From Tetramitus jugosus (Eukaryota > Protista > Heterolobosea): a stretch of 64,000 nt of DNA. This document shows positions 41,472 through 52,638 of the stretch, piece after piece. Under the pieces are notes generated by a model, which saw only the letters and a program-made list of their open reading frames with translations, made no database searches and was not told the DNA's origin. The DNA lies in assembly GCA_937625935.1 (NCBI GenBank), contig OW569382.1, positions 310,001-374,000 on the forward strand, read 5' to 3'. The position numbers and the translations under genes were made by a program. Position 1 is the first letter of the stretch. Every line of letters begins with the position of its first letter.

Positions 41472-43115
41472 ATGTGTGATCAATTTCTTCATGACACGGC
41501 CATTAATCGTGTTGCCAACGTACAACCATGCACTCCAGATGGTGATGCACGGATTGTGCAACACTTGTTTGAACATGTTGTCAACCAGGGAGACAATCTT
41601 CGCGTCGTTCTTCTGGGCACAAGCACATTGGGCACCGAACAATTTCTTCGGGTTCGAGCTCAGTTGACCAAGCGTCTCATGCAAGAAAATTCCTTCTCAA
41701 TGTTGGCTCTGGAAGCTGATTATCCCGACACGTATGAAATCAATCAGTTTGTTCAGTGCCTCAACGGCTACTCTTCTCATCATTCGACAACGTGTGCCTC
41801 CCAAACTCAACACCCTCTGTCGCACTTTCAGAGGTTTCCGCGCTGGGTATGGAATAATGACATTACGTTTGAGTTTGTCAACTGGTTGCGCGACTTTAAC
41901 AAGACAAAGGAGCCGGACAAAAAAGTGGGGTGTTACGGATTGGACCTTTACAGTTTACAATCCTCCATTGATGTCATTACGGATTACTTGACAAAGAATC
42001 ATTCCAATTGTTCATTGGCTGACACAGTGAATCAATGTTATGCTGAATTCAATCGGTTTGCTATTGTGGACCAACAACAACAAGAGCAAAATGACACAAC
42101 GTTTGGAGATCGTAAACTTGAAAAGCCAATGATTGACACGGACAAGTACAGTTACAAGGTAGGTCTCGGTCTCAGTGAATCCTGTCAGCATCAAGTAATC
42201 GAAGCACTGCGTGCCATGCTCTCTCATCACCATAGAGCCAACGGTAATGATCACTTTTACTTTCATTGCATGCAGAATGCAAAACTAATCAAGAATGCAG
42301 AGTGTTACTATCGTAGCATGTTCTTGAATACGGAGACTTGTACTCCGAGTTGGAACATTAGAGATCGACACATGTTCGATACATTGATCGATTTAATCAA
42401 GTATCAAGAGGAAAGAACAGGTGTGAGACAAAAGGTGATCATCTGGGCTCATAACTCTCACGTAGGAGATGATTCTCACACGGAAATGTCAAACAATGGA
42501 CAGATCAATCTGGGTCAACGTGTCAAGGAGCATTTCGGAGCTAAAAACACCTTTTCTGTTGGTTGTTTAACATATGAAGGCACAGTAAATGCTGCGTTGA
42601 ACTGGAGAGAAAAGAAGGACCAGGAAGTCGTGTTAAAGGAAGCTGTTGAGGGATCTTATGAACGCATGTTTCATGAAATGTTGACGGCTCAAAACTATAC
42701 TGACCATCAGTTCTCTCTCATCTTCAATCAAAGTCAGTCGGAATTTGATTGGATTCGTCTTCCAGTCAGCAAGGAGAGAAATATTGGTGCAGTTTACAAT
42801 GTTCAGCAACAGGAACAATGGAAAGGTGATGTAAAGCAGTACATTTCGAGCAAGATATCCAAAAGATATGACTCCATTGTATATGTTGATCGAACAAATG
42901 CCATCGGTCCTTTCAGAGTGCCTCCATTCACTTCGAATGTTGTTGATTTCTCCCCGTGTGCTTTCCCCGGACTTGCTCACCCTGAGTTAACACTGAGCAA
43001 GAAAGACATGATGGAAGATGGTTTCTTCGACTTGAAAGCTTACAAGAGTGAAGAGGACAGAAAATGTTTGAGTGAACATTCTCTCCAGTGTTCGAACCAC
43101 AACTCAGAAGCATAA
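41472..43115 (+). CDS. Erythromycin esterase (EreA/EreB) family protein with altered catalytic motif
   Basis: VVLLGTSTLGT, ALEADYPD, FPRWVWNN, YGLDLYSL, SWNIRDRHMFDTL, IWAHNSHVGD, ERNIGAVY; intronless. Confidence 0.85.
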   Translation: MCDQFLHDTAINRVANVQPCTPDGDARIVQHLFEHVVNQGDNLRVVLLGTSTLGTEQFLRVRAQLTKRLMQENSFSMLALEADYPDTYEINQFVQCLNGYSSHHSTTCASQTQHPLSHFQRFPRWVWNNDITFEFVNWLRDFNKTKEPDKKVGCYGLDLYSLQSSIDVITDYLTKNHSNCSLADTVNQCYAEFNRFAIVDQQQQEQNDTTFGDRKLEKPMIDTDKYSYKVGLGLSESCQHQVIEALRAMLSHHHRANGNDHFYFHCMQNAKLIKNAECYYRSMFLNTETCTPSWNIRDRHMFDTLIDLIKYQEERTGVRQKVIIWAHNSHVGDDSHTEMSNNGQINLGQRVKEHFGAKNTFSVGCLTYEGTVNAALNWREKKDQEVVLKEAVEGSYERMFHEMLTAQNYTDHQFSLIFNQSQSEFDWIRLPVSKERNIGAVYNVQQQEQWKGDVKQYISSKISKRYDSIVYVDRTNAIGPFRVPPFTSNVVDFSPCAFPGLAHPELTLSKKDMMEDGFFDLKAYKSEEDRKCLSEHSLQCSNHNSEA

Positions 43116-43399
43116 CGTGAGGTCCGAACAAAGTTTTCACCGTTAAGGTCTAATGCGGCGGAATTTATCCAAACGGTAGTTGACAAACGTTGATACGGTT
43201 CAGTTTTACAAGATTGAGTCAGACATGTTCGAACTTGTTCTTACTGACTCGAGCAATGGCCAAACAGTTAAGATTGGGATTTGTGAGTACGGAACAACTG
43301 TGCAATGTGTCATTTCAAATGGATAAGGTTCTTGAGCGTTCTCCTCGTTGTCATATGAAGATAATGAAGGACAAGTATACTTCCATGTTTATGGTCAAA

Positions 43400-46300
43400 C
43401 TACATTCGATTCAACTTATCCAGTAAATCGTCGATTGGACACTTGAGAAGAGAATCATTAAATTGCTCGTTCTCAGTTCGAATCGTATCCACAATCGTCT
43501 GCTTGGACTTGTTGTCAATTGCATTCCATGTATCAGTTATAAACTCTCCATCGATAACTTGCTTTTGTTGAATGGGTTGATTCAACATTGAACATCTCGA
43601 TCTGTATGCATCGATACCGCCGCTTGTGAGAAGATGTGCTCTCTTGTAGCTTGCATCTTCCAGTGCGAGCACACAAAGCAGTTGTTGCAGTCGTTCCAGT
43701 ATCACATATTCCAAATAGGTGATCTCTAAAAAGTTGATGATACTTCCACACACAGTGATACACGTGACATGTCTATCTCGGATGATTTGATTGTAATTTC
43801 GCTCTCTTTTAGACAGTGGTTTGATCGATAGGGCAATCTCATGCATGTTAAAATACACTGTACTGTCAATGACAGGAGTGGTGTCATCATCCTCATATTC
43901 CACAGCAAAGAAACCACCATCTCTGTCAACACCCACTACCAGTTCTCGATCCACCATGAGCGCGCTCGCACAAGCTCTGGAGGTTCTCTCATTCTCCAAG
44001 AACCGTAAACTTCGTTCGTTTTCATGCAATTGGAACAGAGACACAGAATCGAATCGATCTGTAACTGCAATCACACTCGAATTCGGACACCCACTGATTG
44101 ACTGAACAAAGTGCCTGCATACGTTTTGAGATATCGGTACAAGGGCTTCGTTTTCGAACGTTGTAAGCACAATTCTGTGGCCAGCAGACACAATCAAGTG
44201 CTTGGATGATAAAGCATGAACAGCATAAGCTACACCAGGAAGAGCTAATGAATATTCCTTCTTGCTACTAATCACATGCTTTCTTTGAGAATCTTGTTCT
44301 AACTCAAGCAAGTGTATGTTGCCTCGTGGGTTCTCCTTTTGTGAATCGGTGGGATTCAGAGATGGTTGCAAAGGATTAGACGTCAGCGCCTGTGTTCCAA
44401 CCACTAGAAAATGTCTTGAAGTGTCTCCATGGTTAACTGTCCACTCACATATGCAGAACAGTCTTTCGTCAAGGAATTGTTTCACGACGGTTGTCTTGTT
44501 CGACACGAGACTGATCACCTGGAGATAACAACTACCATCGATGCCATCACATAACACAAATGCCACGGCATTGTATTTCTTGGATAGAATGACTCTTCTG
44601 GCTGCTCCCTCGACAGTGATCGGACGAATATTCATCGATTGAGAGTAATCAAGTATGTAAATATCAATAGAGTAGTCCTCGGCAACCGCAATGAATGATT
44701 CTTCAGAGGAGTCCAGAGTGTTAAATGGCACTAAAAACAGTACTCTGTCCATGCTAGCGACTGTTATATCAAACACACCATGGTTAAACTGAATCAGATG
44801 TGTTGTGTTGGATGTTGCTATAATTTTGTCATAATCAGTCAACAGAACTGAAACTGGCAAAAGTCCGAGTCTCCTTGACAACGCTCTCTTCAGCATTGGC
44901 TGCTGAGAACGCTGTATGGTGAATAAAATCAGAGTTCCATCCCTTAAACCAACATATAAAATACCATTATGTGCCAACATGCTCTGAACAATTGTGACAG
45001 AATCCAGTGTCGTATTTGATAAAGACTCGATGCTCAGTCGTTCCAAAGTGTCAAGTCGGAGTACTTGGATCGTATTCTGGTATGTGCCAATGAAACATAT
45101 TGAGGCATCAGGTAAAATTTCAAATGCAGATGCATCATCAGATAGTGTTACATGTGCTTCTTCAACTACCTTGAGGGTCATGATATCAACACGCAACCGC
45201 TTAATCGTATTACCCTGTGACATGCCCAACAGAAGATGTCCTTCTCTGTAGCAAGCAACAGCAATAGCTCGATCACTTAACCACTCTGATTCTATCTTTG
45301 AACATAATTGATCTTCATTATAGAACATGCGAATAATTCGTACAGTGTTGTGAGTGACTTGAAGAAACATCATATCTCCAATCGTTTCACAAACAAGAGT
45401 TCTCTTGTCAATATCAAAGCTACACAGTGACGAAATGTCTTCAAAGCTGTCCTCACTGCGCAATAATACCCGAGTTCCATTCAAGAAACCAAGCACTACA
45501 ATCATATGATGATAAGCTTGTAAATTACCCTTAAGTGTCCACAGACCATTAATTCCAGAAAAGTGCTCATCGCTGATAGAAATGGCTTGAATACCGACAC
45601 CGCGTCTCACAATACGCATCGCTTCGGATTTACTGTTTGTTGATGTACAAACAAGCGTTTTGCGTTCATTTCTCTCTTCAACAATATCCTTTGGATCAAT
45701 GCTATCTTCCTCAGAGTAATAATTTTGATAATAAGTTTCAAAATCAATTGCTGGGCACAAGTTGGCCTTGGCTGATAGTTGTTGGCCCACGAGTTTCTTC
45801 TCAGCATCTTCAATCAATTCATACATGTTGCCATTGCACATTTCACCAGAACAAAACACCAACTTTTCATTTGGTTTGCTTTGCAAACTAACCACCACAT
45901 TCAATGACGTGTGACTTTGAACGTTGTGGATCTGTCTAATATGAACGCGTTCTTGTTGACCATTTTTTTTGATTGTGCACTCGAACATGGATCCATCTTC
46001 TGTTGTAAGGATCAACGTAGGACATGACTCTCCATCATTGTAACTCTCTCTGCTCCAATTGTAGCCAGCAATGAGCACACATCGACCATTGACACCTTCA
46101 CTCTCCTCTTGATAGGTCTCACGGGACAACAACTGCGGCTGAGACAACACATAACCTTCATTTGTTCTCCACCGCATCAACATGAGTTCCGATCCATGCA
46201 CAATTAATAAACAGTGAGGATTCGATGGCACGAGCAACACATGCTGCGTCAACGCTTCCTCCTTCGGAGAGCCAATCTGCAACCGACACACATCCATGTA

Positions 46301-47131
46301 CTTGGCCACGTCAAACAACGCCACTCTCTCATATTGCTTCTGCTCTAAATTCACACGATAAATCAGAACCGAATTTTGTTTCGGTTGTTGCAGTGGATCG
46401 CTGCTCATTGTCACAACAACAGCCACATATAAATTATTATTGTCATTACTCGAATATAGACATTCGATGTGCCAAATCACTGAAGATTGACCTGCCGTAT
46501 CCTGTATTGTAATCTCCATAGGTTCACACTCGTCGTCCCATAACGGCGCACTGCTATTATCGTCACAATCCTTTAAAAAATACACACGAAACACAGATTC
46601 GACATTGGCCACAACCACTGCTCTTCCGTGCGGATCCACAGACAACAATCGAGGTATTTCACTCATTTTCATAAGATTCTGAGGTTGATTGCTAGGCACC
46701 TCCATCAATTGTCGCTTCGAACACGTTTCAAAGCACTTGTTCTCCCAATTGACGCTCAACAGACTCAATAAACCACGATCCGACAAGATTACAATATATT
46801 CCTTCAAATTGATTGAATTGCGCAGTAGTGCCATTTGAAGCACTTTACCGAACATGGCCTGTTCGAACACTGTGCTAATCACACCATTGATCAAGTGAAC
46901 TTGACACAGTTCCAATAGGGTATCCTTGGCCAGAACCAACAGAGACTGAACGACTGGATTGTTGTCGTGGTTGTTGTCGTTGTTTGTTGTTTGAAGCAAG
47001 AGTTGATCACTAAAGATGGCTTGTTGGATCACATTGTGGTACGAAACGGGCTTGTAATAAAAGTGAGCACTCTTGATACTTTGCCACGATTGTTGTGTGG
47101 GACTGGAAGCACTAGACGCGTCAATGTTCAT
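43400..47131 (-). CDS. DDB1/SF3B3/CPSF1-family triple beta-propeller protein (Mms1-like, divergent)
   Basis: LVLAKDTLLEL, FEQAMFGKV, VILSDRGLLS, LSVDPHGRAV, MRIVRRGVG, GLWTLK, LYVGLRDGTL, FLVVGT, VIDGEF. Start placed at MNIDAS. Confidence 0.8.
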   Translation of the reverse strand: MNIDASSASSPTQQSWQSIKSAHFYYKPVSYHNVIQQAIFSDQLLLQTTNNDNNHDNNPVVQSLLVLAKDTLLELCQVHLINGVISTVFEQAMFGKVLQMALLRNSINLKEYIVILSDRGLLSLLSVNWENKCFETCSKRQLMEVPSNQPQNLMKMSEIPRLLSVDPHGRAVVVANVESVFRVYFLKDCDDNSSAPLWDDECEPMEITIQDTAGQSSVIWHIECLYSSNDNNNLYVAVVVTMSSDPLQQPKQNSVLIYRVNLEQKQYERVALFDVAKYMDVCRLQIGSPKEEALTQHVLLVPSNPHCLLIVHGSELMLMRWRTNEGYVLSQPQLLSRETYQEESEGVNGRCVLIAGYNWSRESYNDGESCPTLILTTEDGSMFECTIKKNGQQERVHIRQIHNVQSHTSLNVVVSLQSKPNEKLVFCSGEMCNGNMYELIEDAEKKLVGQQLSAKANLCPAIDFETYYQNYYSEEDSIDPKDIVEERNERKTLVCTSTNSKSEAMRIVRRGVGIQAISISDEHFSGINGLWTLKGNLQAYHHMIVVLGFLNGTRVLLRSEDSFEDISSLCSFDIDKRTLVCETIGDMMFLQVTHNTVRIIRMFYNEDQLCSKIESEWLSDRAIAVACYREGHLLLGMSQGNTIKRLRVDIMTLKVVEEAHVTLSDDASAFEILPDASICFIGTYQNTIQVLRLDTLERLSIESLSNTTLDSVTIVQSMLAHNGILYVGLRDGTLILFTIQRSQQPMLKRALSRRLGLLPVSVLLTDYDKIIATSNTTHLIQFNHGVFDITVASMDRVLFLVPFNTLDSSEESFIAVAEDYSIDIYILDYSQSMNIRPITVEGAARRVILSKKYNAVAFVLCDGIDGSCYLQVISLVSNKTTVVKQFLDERLFCICEWTVNHGDTSRHFLVVGTQALTSNPLQPSLNPTDSQKENPRGNIHLLELEQDSQRKHVISSKKEYSLALPGVAYAVHALSSKHLIVSAGHRIVLTTFENEALVPISQNVCRHFVQSISGCPNSSVIAVTDRFDSVSLFQLHENERSLRFLENERTSRACASALMVDRELVVGVDRDGGFFAVEYEDDDTTPVIDSTVYFNMHEIALSIKPLSKRERNYNQIIRDRHVTCITVCGSIINFLEITYLEYVILERLQQLLCVLALEDASYKRAHLLTSGGIDAYRSRCSMLNQPIQQKQVIDGEFITDTWNAIDNKSKQTIVDTIRTENEQFNDSLLKCPIDDLLDKLNRM

Positions 47132-47311
47132 TTTCTGTTTCACACAACTGTTTTTTGATTTCGAGTGTTGTTTTTGATCTGTTATGATCTCATCTCCGTT
47201 GTGAACAATAATATCCAAGATCAAGTTGAAGAACTTTTGGCAAGAAATGCTCAGCCGGAATAGCTCTGATGATAATTTATTGAGTTTGTCCTGTTGGTTA
47301 GTTCTTTTGAC

Positions 47312-49972
47312 CTAAAAGTCAAAAGTGGTGAGCTTCTTCATCTTGCTGAACGAATCAGCAACCATTTTGTTCGTGTGTTGAGAGATTTCCTTTGTCTTGT
47401 TCGAGATGTCTGTCACTCCTCCCATGAGGGCACCTGTCGTAGCACCCACAATCGACTTTTTCTTGTTTTGATTGTAGTCCTCGATGATTGCATTTCGCTC
47501 ATTCTTTGGCAGTCCTTGCAATTCCATAATTACTTGCAAATCTTGCACGGATCCATTCTGGATGAGTCCCTTGTATGTTTCAACGAGAGCTTCTGGAGGA
47601 GCGAGCATCACCTTGAGTATACACTCGACTTTGGCGGCTCGTTGTTGTACCTTTTTGGCAAATGATAGCACTTCGTCCTCGTCGAATCGCTCAGGATCAC
47701 CGAGATTGAGAATCAATTTCAAAAAGGCAGTCAGAGAGGTAACGTCCAACAGCAATTGTTGCGTGCCAGGTCCATTGATTCTCTTGTACCGATAAACAAT
47801 GTTTTGGAAATGAGTGAAAATCATGGATGAGAAGTTGTCACACAGGGTCTTGTAGTTTGTCGTAGGAATCTTCTCTGCAAGATAGGGGAATGCATCAGAC
47901 AACAGAGATATGATCGAGTGCATATGTTCAGATTGGTCACCGACTTCAATCATCGTAGCAACAGGCATTCTTTGCATCTTGGTAAACTCATCTTCCAGTA
48001 CGGCCATGAGATTATATACGAGCTGCTCTATGGCTGCTCTTGTAATGACGTAGAATTTGCTGACTTCATCAGAAAAGTTGACTTGACTGGCATAGGCTTC
48101 TTCCATGTTCGAACGCAAGTCTTCCTGCAGGTCGCTCAGATTGTTCTGCCAAAACATGGCAACATGGATCATGTAACAAACCACACTCTCTTCAGATTCT
48201 GATAATCTGGCTCGAGTCGTCGCATTTTCCTTATCGTTCAATTGAATCCATTTGTTGAGATCGATTGATCCTACTTCCTTGCTCTGTGGCACGTGCACTC
48301 TTGGCAGTGAGTTTGACATGAGTGTGGCATATTTGTCCACATACTTTCTCCACACTTCATTCACCAGTTTCAGGAGAACCTTACCCTTGGAGAATGCCGT
48401 ACAACTCTTCATGCTCGACGTAATAAACATGAGCAAATCTTCGTGACTCTTTGTCTCTCCTTCGCCGTTCCAACGCTCTTTCCTGGCCATCTTATCGAAT
48501 GCCTCCTTCAATTGACTCTCCTCATATCGTACATAGGAATCCATGTGATCATCGAATGCAGTCGAAATAAAGCCCAAGAAATTATAACTGTTTCTTGGCT
48601 TCTTTGGCTTCTCTTCCACCAAGTCTTTGATCGTTTTTTGTTGTTGTGCTTTACGTTCGAGTTCACGCAGCTTCACTCTCAATTTGAATAGTCGTTTGAT
48701 CTCATCCGGAGTCTTTGCTTCAATCTTTGACAAATCTTGAATCTCTTCAATGACTTGCTCCTGCTTCGTCTCTACTTCCTTTTGTACATCGGCTTCTGAT
48801 CTCACATGGAACATGTCATGCATCTCTCGCTCAAATTTACTCGTCTGAAGAATGGCTCTATATAGTACAGGTGCGTCCAATGAACTCGCATATTGTGTCA
48901 ATATATTCGTAATGTCCTCTCTCGTCGCCAAACAAAAATCAACCACCAACTCTTCTCTCACGCACCAATAATCGGGGAAAATTTGTGCAAATTTCTGCGC
49001 ATAAGTGTTGAGCAATTTTCGCATCCAAGTAAATCGCTTGTCCACAACGTCGAGACTCGATTTTTTCTTCTGGCTGTAAATCATCTTGTACAGCGAAATA
49101 TTTTGTTTGGTGAATTGTTGAATGACTTGTTCGCGGAACGATTCACCAATGGCATCAACCACTTGACACGCATCACCCAACAATTTTTCTGGAGAAGAAT
49201 CGCCACCTGATGAGTTTGTTCTCTCCTTCAATTTGTCCCAACTCTCAAAATCCTGTAAAATCACCTTTTTCAACATGGTTTCAATCTTATCCAACTGATC
49301 AAACAATTTTTCAACTCGTCTAATGTCCCTGTACTGCTGAAACGATTTCTTGATTGCGTTTGCATTGGTCAAAATGGACGCAATTCTCACATAGTGCTTC
49401 TTCTGAACCAAATCGTTCAACTCTGACACACAACTCACAAAATCCTGCAGTGTACGTATCGTCTCACACGTACTATTCAAATTTCTTTTTCCATAGTCCA
49501 ATGACGTCACATCCTTTGTAATTTTTTGTACCATTGTCTCTGACTGTTCCGATTTCTTCTTAATGTCCTGTATGCGATCATACAATTGATGAATCACATT
49601 TTTGGTGTCTTCCAAGTGCTTCTTGGCATCATCACCAGAGGATGATTGTCTTCGAACCATGCTAGAAATTTCACCTTCGACTCTCGTGACACGTTTCTTC
49701 ACTTTGATGACAAAAGTGTCAATGGCCTCCAGTGATTGTTCATTGGGAAACAGTTGATTCACATAGTCTACACTATCAAAGTGTGGTGAATCAAAAATTT
49801 CATTCGATGGCAACAATTCTTCGAGTGCCTTGTTGACTTGAGCTGAAAATTCAATTTGTTTGGGAGCTTCTGTTAGGTCCTGTCCATAGTCACTGTTGCC
49901 ACTTTTTGTGATTTTGATGCGTGCATTTGTGGTGGTGGTAGTTGTCGATGTGTTGTTGTTGTTGTTGGCCAT
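47312..49972 (-). CDS. VPS53: GARP/EARP complex subunit Vps53
   Basis: FDSVDYVNQLFPNEQSL, SETMVQKITKDVTSLDYGKRNL, KRFTWMRKLL, IFPDYW, VGDQSE, GTQQLLLDV. Start placed at MANNNN. Confidence 0.93.
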   Translation of the reverse strand: MANNNNNTSTTTTTTNARIKITKSGNSDYGQDLTEAPKQIEFSAQVNKALEELLPSNEIFDSPHFDSVDYVNQLFPNEQSLEAIDTFVIKVKKRVTRVEGEISSMVRRQSSSGDDAKKHLEDTKNVIHQLYDRIQDIKKKSEQSETMVQKITKDVTSLDYGKRNLNSTCETIRTLQDFVSCVSELNDLVQKKHYVRIASILTNANAIKKSFQQYRDIRRVEKLFDQLDKIETMLKKVILQDFESWDKLKERTNSSGGDSSPEKLLGDACQVVDAIGESFREQVIQQFTKQNISLYKMIYSQKKKSSLDVVDKRFTWMRKLLNTYAQKFAQIFPDYWCVREELVVDFCLATREDITNILTQYASSLDAPVLYRAILQTSKFEREMHDMFHVRSEADVQKEVETKQEQVIEEIQDLSKIEAKTPDEIKRLFKLRVKLRELERKAQQQKTIKDLVEEKPKKPRNSYNFLGFISTAFDDHMDSYVRYEESQLKEAFDKMARKERWNGEGETKSHEDLLMFITSSMKSCTAFSKGKVLLKLVNEVWRKYVDKYATLMSNSLPRVHVPQSKEVGSIDLNKWIQLNDKENATTRARLSESEESVVCYMIHVAMFWQNNLSDLQEDLRSNMEEAYASQVNFSDEVSKFYVITRAAIEQLVYNLMAVLEDEFTKMQRMPVATMIEVGDQSEHMHSIISLLSDAFPYLAEKIPTTNYKTLCDNFSSMIFTHFQNIVYRYKRINGPGTQQLLLDVTSLTAFLKLILNLGDPERFDEDEVLSFAKKVQQRAAKVECILKVMLAPPEALVETYKGLIQNGSVQDLQVIMELQGLPKNERNAIIEDYNQNKKKSIVGATTGALMGGVTDISNKTKEISQHTNKMVADSFSKMKKLTTFDF

Positions 49973-50612
49973 GCTTTTTTTTTGATGGTTGCTGTTCCGT
50001 CGATCAACAGGACGAAATATTTTGTTTGCTTTTTCAGACAACACCTCAAAAAAACGCAAGTGTCTTCTGAGGAGGTGATTTGTTGATGGACCCCGATTCA
50101 AAGATTCATTTTTCGCGGCAAACGGAGATTCAGATGGCGGAGTTGGGTCCGTCACGATTTACAAACAAGGTCATATTGTTTGGTGCACGGACCTGTGAAA
50201 GTTCTGTTGAGAAGGTTGGTTTGAATCTGTTCGGACCACAAGTCCTTGCTCGTGATTACAGGAGATATTTTCATCCGAGTGTTCTTCAGAATGGTTCCCA
50301 ATCTCCTGTAAGGCCAGAAACAAGGGGTATGCATCAGGCAACGACATACTAACATGGGCGTTACGCGACGGTCGCGTTCAAAGAGGGTCTGATACCCGGC
50401 GGACTGCCCAAAAGAATGTGGCTCTAGTAAACGTGCACTGTCAAACAACCATGCGAAATCTTGAGGTCGATCATGTCGTCCGATGTCCCTCCAAGAGTTT
50501 GGGCTCTGCGAGGCTTGGATAGATATCGCCATTGGAGTTAGTGAGGTGGCAGCACTTTAAAAACGAAATATCACAATCAATAACAATAGATAACATAACC
50601 AATAACTTCTAG

Positions 50613-51191
50613 ATGAAACACAATACCTCTATCCGAACAAGCCATTCTGCAGCTCCTAATCGTAATCGTGGTTGGACGTTTGAGATTCTTACAGATGTTA
50701 AGAAACTGTCTGACTATAACACCATGGCCAGGAGGTCTCGAGGGTCTACCAAGGGTCCAACAAAGTCAAAGAGTAACCAACCTCCAGCAAATGAGGTTGT
50801 TGAAACGAGTGCAGGATTCTTTAGCACATGGCAGATTGACAATACCCTACCAAAATGTCCAGCTCTTCTTCGGTTACCTTCTTCACCTGTACATAGCCAA
50901 CGCTTTCATAGCTCGACTTATCACTCGAAGGTTCCTCCTTCTAAGCTGCCAGGAGCACAAGAGAACTTCGCACACTCCCGACTTGGTAACACCTATCAGG
51001 AGAAGTTCAAACAGGACGGAATACGAAAGGAATCTATGTATCAACGAACGGCTCAACAGGTGTACAGTTCAATGTTTAGTGCTCTTGTAGGGGAAGAAGA
51101 AGTGAACAGGATTGATCAACAGTATCGGGCAAGTCGAAGCTCATCCAAGTCAAGAAGTTTTATCTCGGTTGAGGACATACTCAATATCTAG
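50613..51191 (+). CDS. Hypothetical protein, tandem paralogue A, C-terminal ISVEDILN motif
   Basis: Shares three conserved blocks with 51895-52509. Confidence 0.7.
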   Translation: MKHNTSIRTSHSAAPNRNRGWTFEILTDVKKLSDYNTMARRSRGSTKGPTKSKSNQPPANEVVETSAGFFSTWQIDNTLPKCPALLRLPSSPVHSQRFHSSTYHSKVPPSKLPGAQENFAHSRLGNTYQEKFKQDGIRKESMYQRTAQQVYSSMFSALVGEEEVNRIDQQYRASRSSSKSRSFISVEDILNI

Positions 51192-51894
51192 AAATGATAA
51201 GTTTTGCTTTCTCCAATGGTGTAATCTTGACAACCAGTCACCAAACTTAATGTTTCGAACGGTTCTTCCTTGATATAATAAAAACAATTTTGATATCGTC
51301 CGACATACAATTTACATGTCACTCACGTTTACCTTATACAGATGTAAAAGCTACCTAGAGCGAGAAGTGGGAATCGGAGTGGTACATGAGGAAGTTGCAT
51401 AAAGTTTTGGAGCTAACACACGTAAACCTTATCCGTTCACCCTGTGCACAGATTAGTTTGGCATGTGTCAATAGTCCAGATAACGAGAGACAATGAGAAA
51501 CAAACATGGAGTGCAAGCTTATTACAGACATATGTCCTGCGTTCTGTGTAGAACGTTGGTGTTGCTTCCAGATCATGGAACTGTCGGAACTTCCCAAAAT
51601 GCTGTGTCTCTAGAAAACAACACAACGGCAACATCTTTTTGATGCACCCAAATTCCCCGTACGAACATCATTCCGCAGAGAGCGCCTTCCGAAGAGTATT
51701 GAGCTTGAGTGGGACAAGGACCCAAATAGTCATTGATTTGACAATCCTCCTTTCACAATACTTTAAAACCAAAACACATAGGCCACAATCTCCACACTCA
51801 AAATCTCTCCATTTTGGCTCATTTATCATACAGTGACACAATTGCACAATTTAGTGAACAAAATCTATCACTTTTACTAAGTAATCCTTTCAAG

Positions 51895-52509
51895 ATGAAC
51901 CAACAGGACCACGAGAACGAAACACAGCAGCATAACATCAACCGTCGAACAATCTCTTCTGTCTCTCCGAGCAGTAGTCATGGTGGTAACAACCATTGGA
52001 AGTTTGAGATTATGACAGACGTGCAGAAGTTGTCAGATTATAGTGCCATGGCAAAGAGGTCGCGTACACCTTCCTCATCCTCTACAAGTCGGTCTTCTGG
52101 AGAAGAAATTGTGCAAACCAGTGCAGGGTTCTTTAGCAGGTGGCAGATTGGTTCCCCACCAAATTCTCCAGCGTCAGCTTCTTCATCACCCAAGACTTCT
52201 CACCCAATGGCACAACATTGGAGCAATACGAGCCATCACTCTCACCAACGTCATCATTTACAAGTTGTGGAGCGCGAGCAACAAGCGAGACCTGCACGAT
52301 CTCGTGTTCTATCCCAAACAGGATACGATAACTATCTTGGTTTAAGTCAGGAGCATGATCACTCACACACTTTCCATAACGTGTACACCACTATGTTTAC
52401 CGCTCTAGTTGGGGAAGAAGAAGTCAATAGAATTGACCAACAGTACAGAGCGAGCCGCTTATCCAAATCAAGGAACAATATCTCAATCAAGGAACTACTT
52501 AATTCCTAA
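51895..52509 (+). CDS. Hypothetical protein, tandem paralogue B, C-terminal ISIKELLN motif
   Basis: WxFEIxTDVxKLSDY, TSAGFFSxWQI and ALVGEEEVNRIDQQYRASR are conserved with synonymous nucleotide differences. Confidence 0.7.
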   Translation: MNQQDHENETQQHNINRRTISSVSPSSSHGGNNHWKFEIMTDVQKLSDYSAMAKRSRTPSSSSTSRSSGEEIVQTSAGFFSRWQIGSPPNSPASASSSPKTSHPMAQHWSNTSHHSHQRHHLQVVEREQQARPARSRVLSQTGYDNYLGLSQEHDHSHTFHNVYTTMFTALVGEEEVNRIDQQYRASRLSKSRNNISIKELLNS

Positions 52510-52638
52510 AATGGTTCTACTATGATCTCGGACAAGCGAGAAGCGGAAACACGGCAGTGGGCATCGGGCACACGATGGGAAGATCTACGAAAATGATTGA
52601 GATACATTGATAATAATTGTGTTCTGCCTTATTCATAT

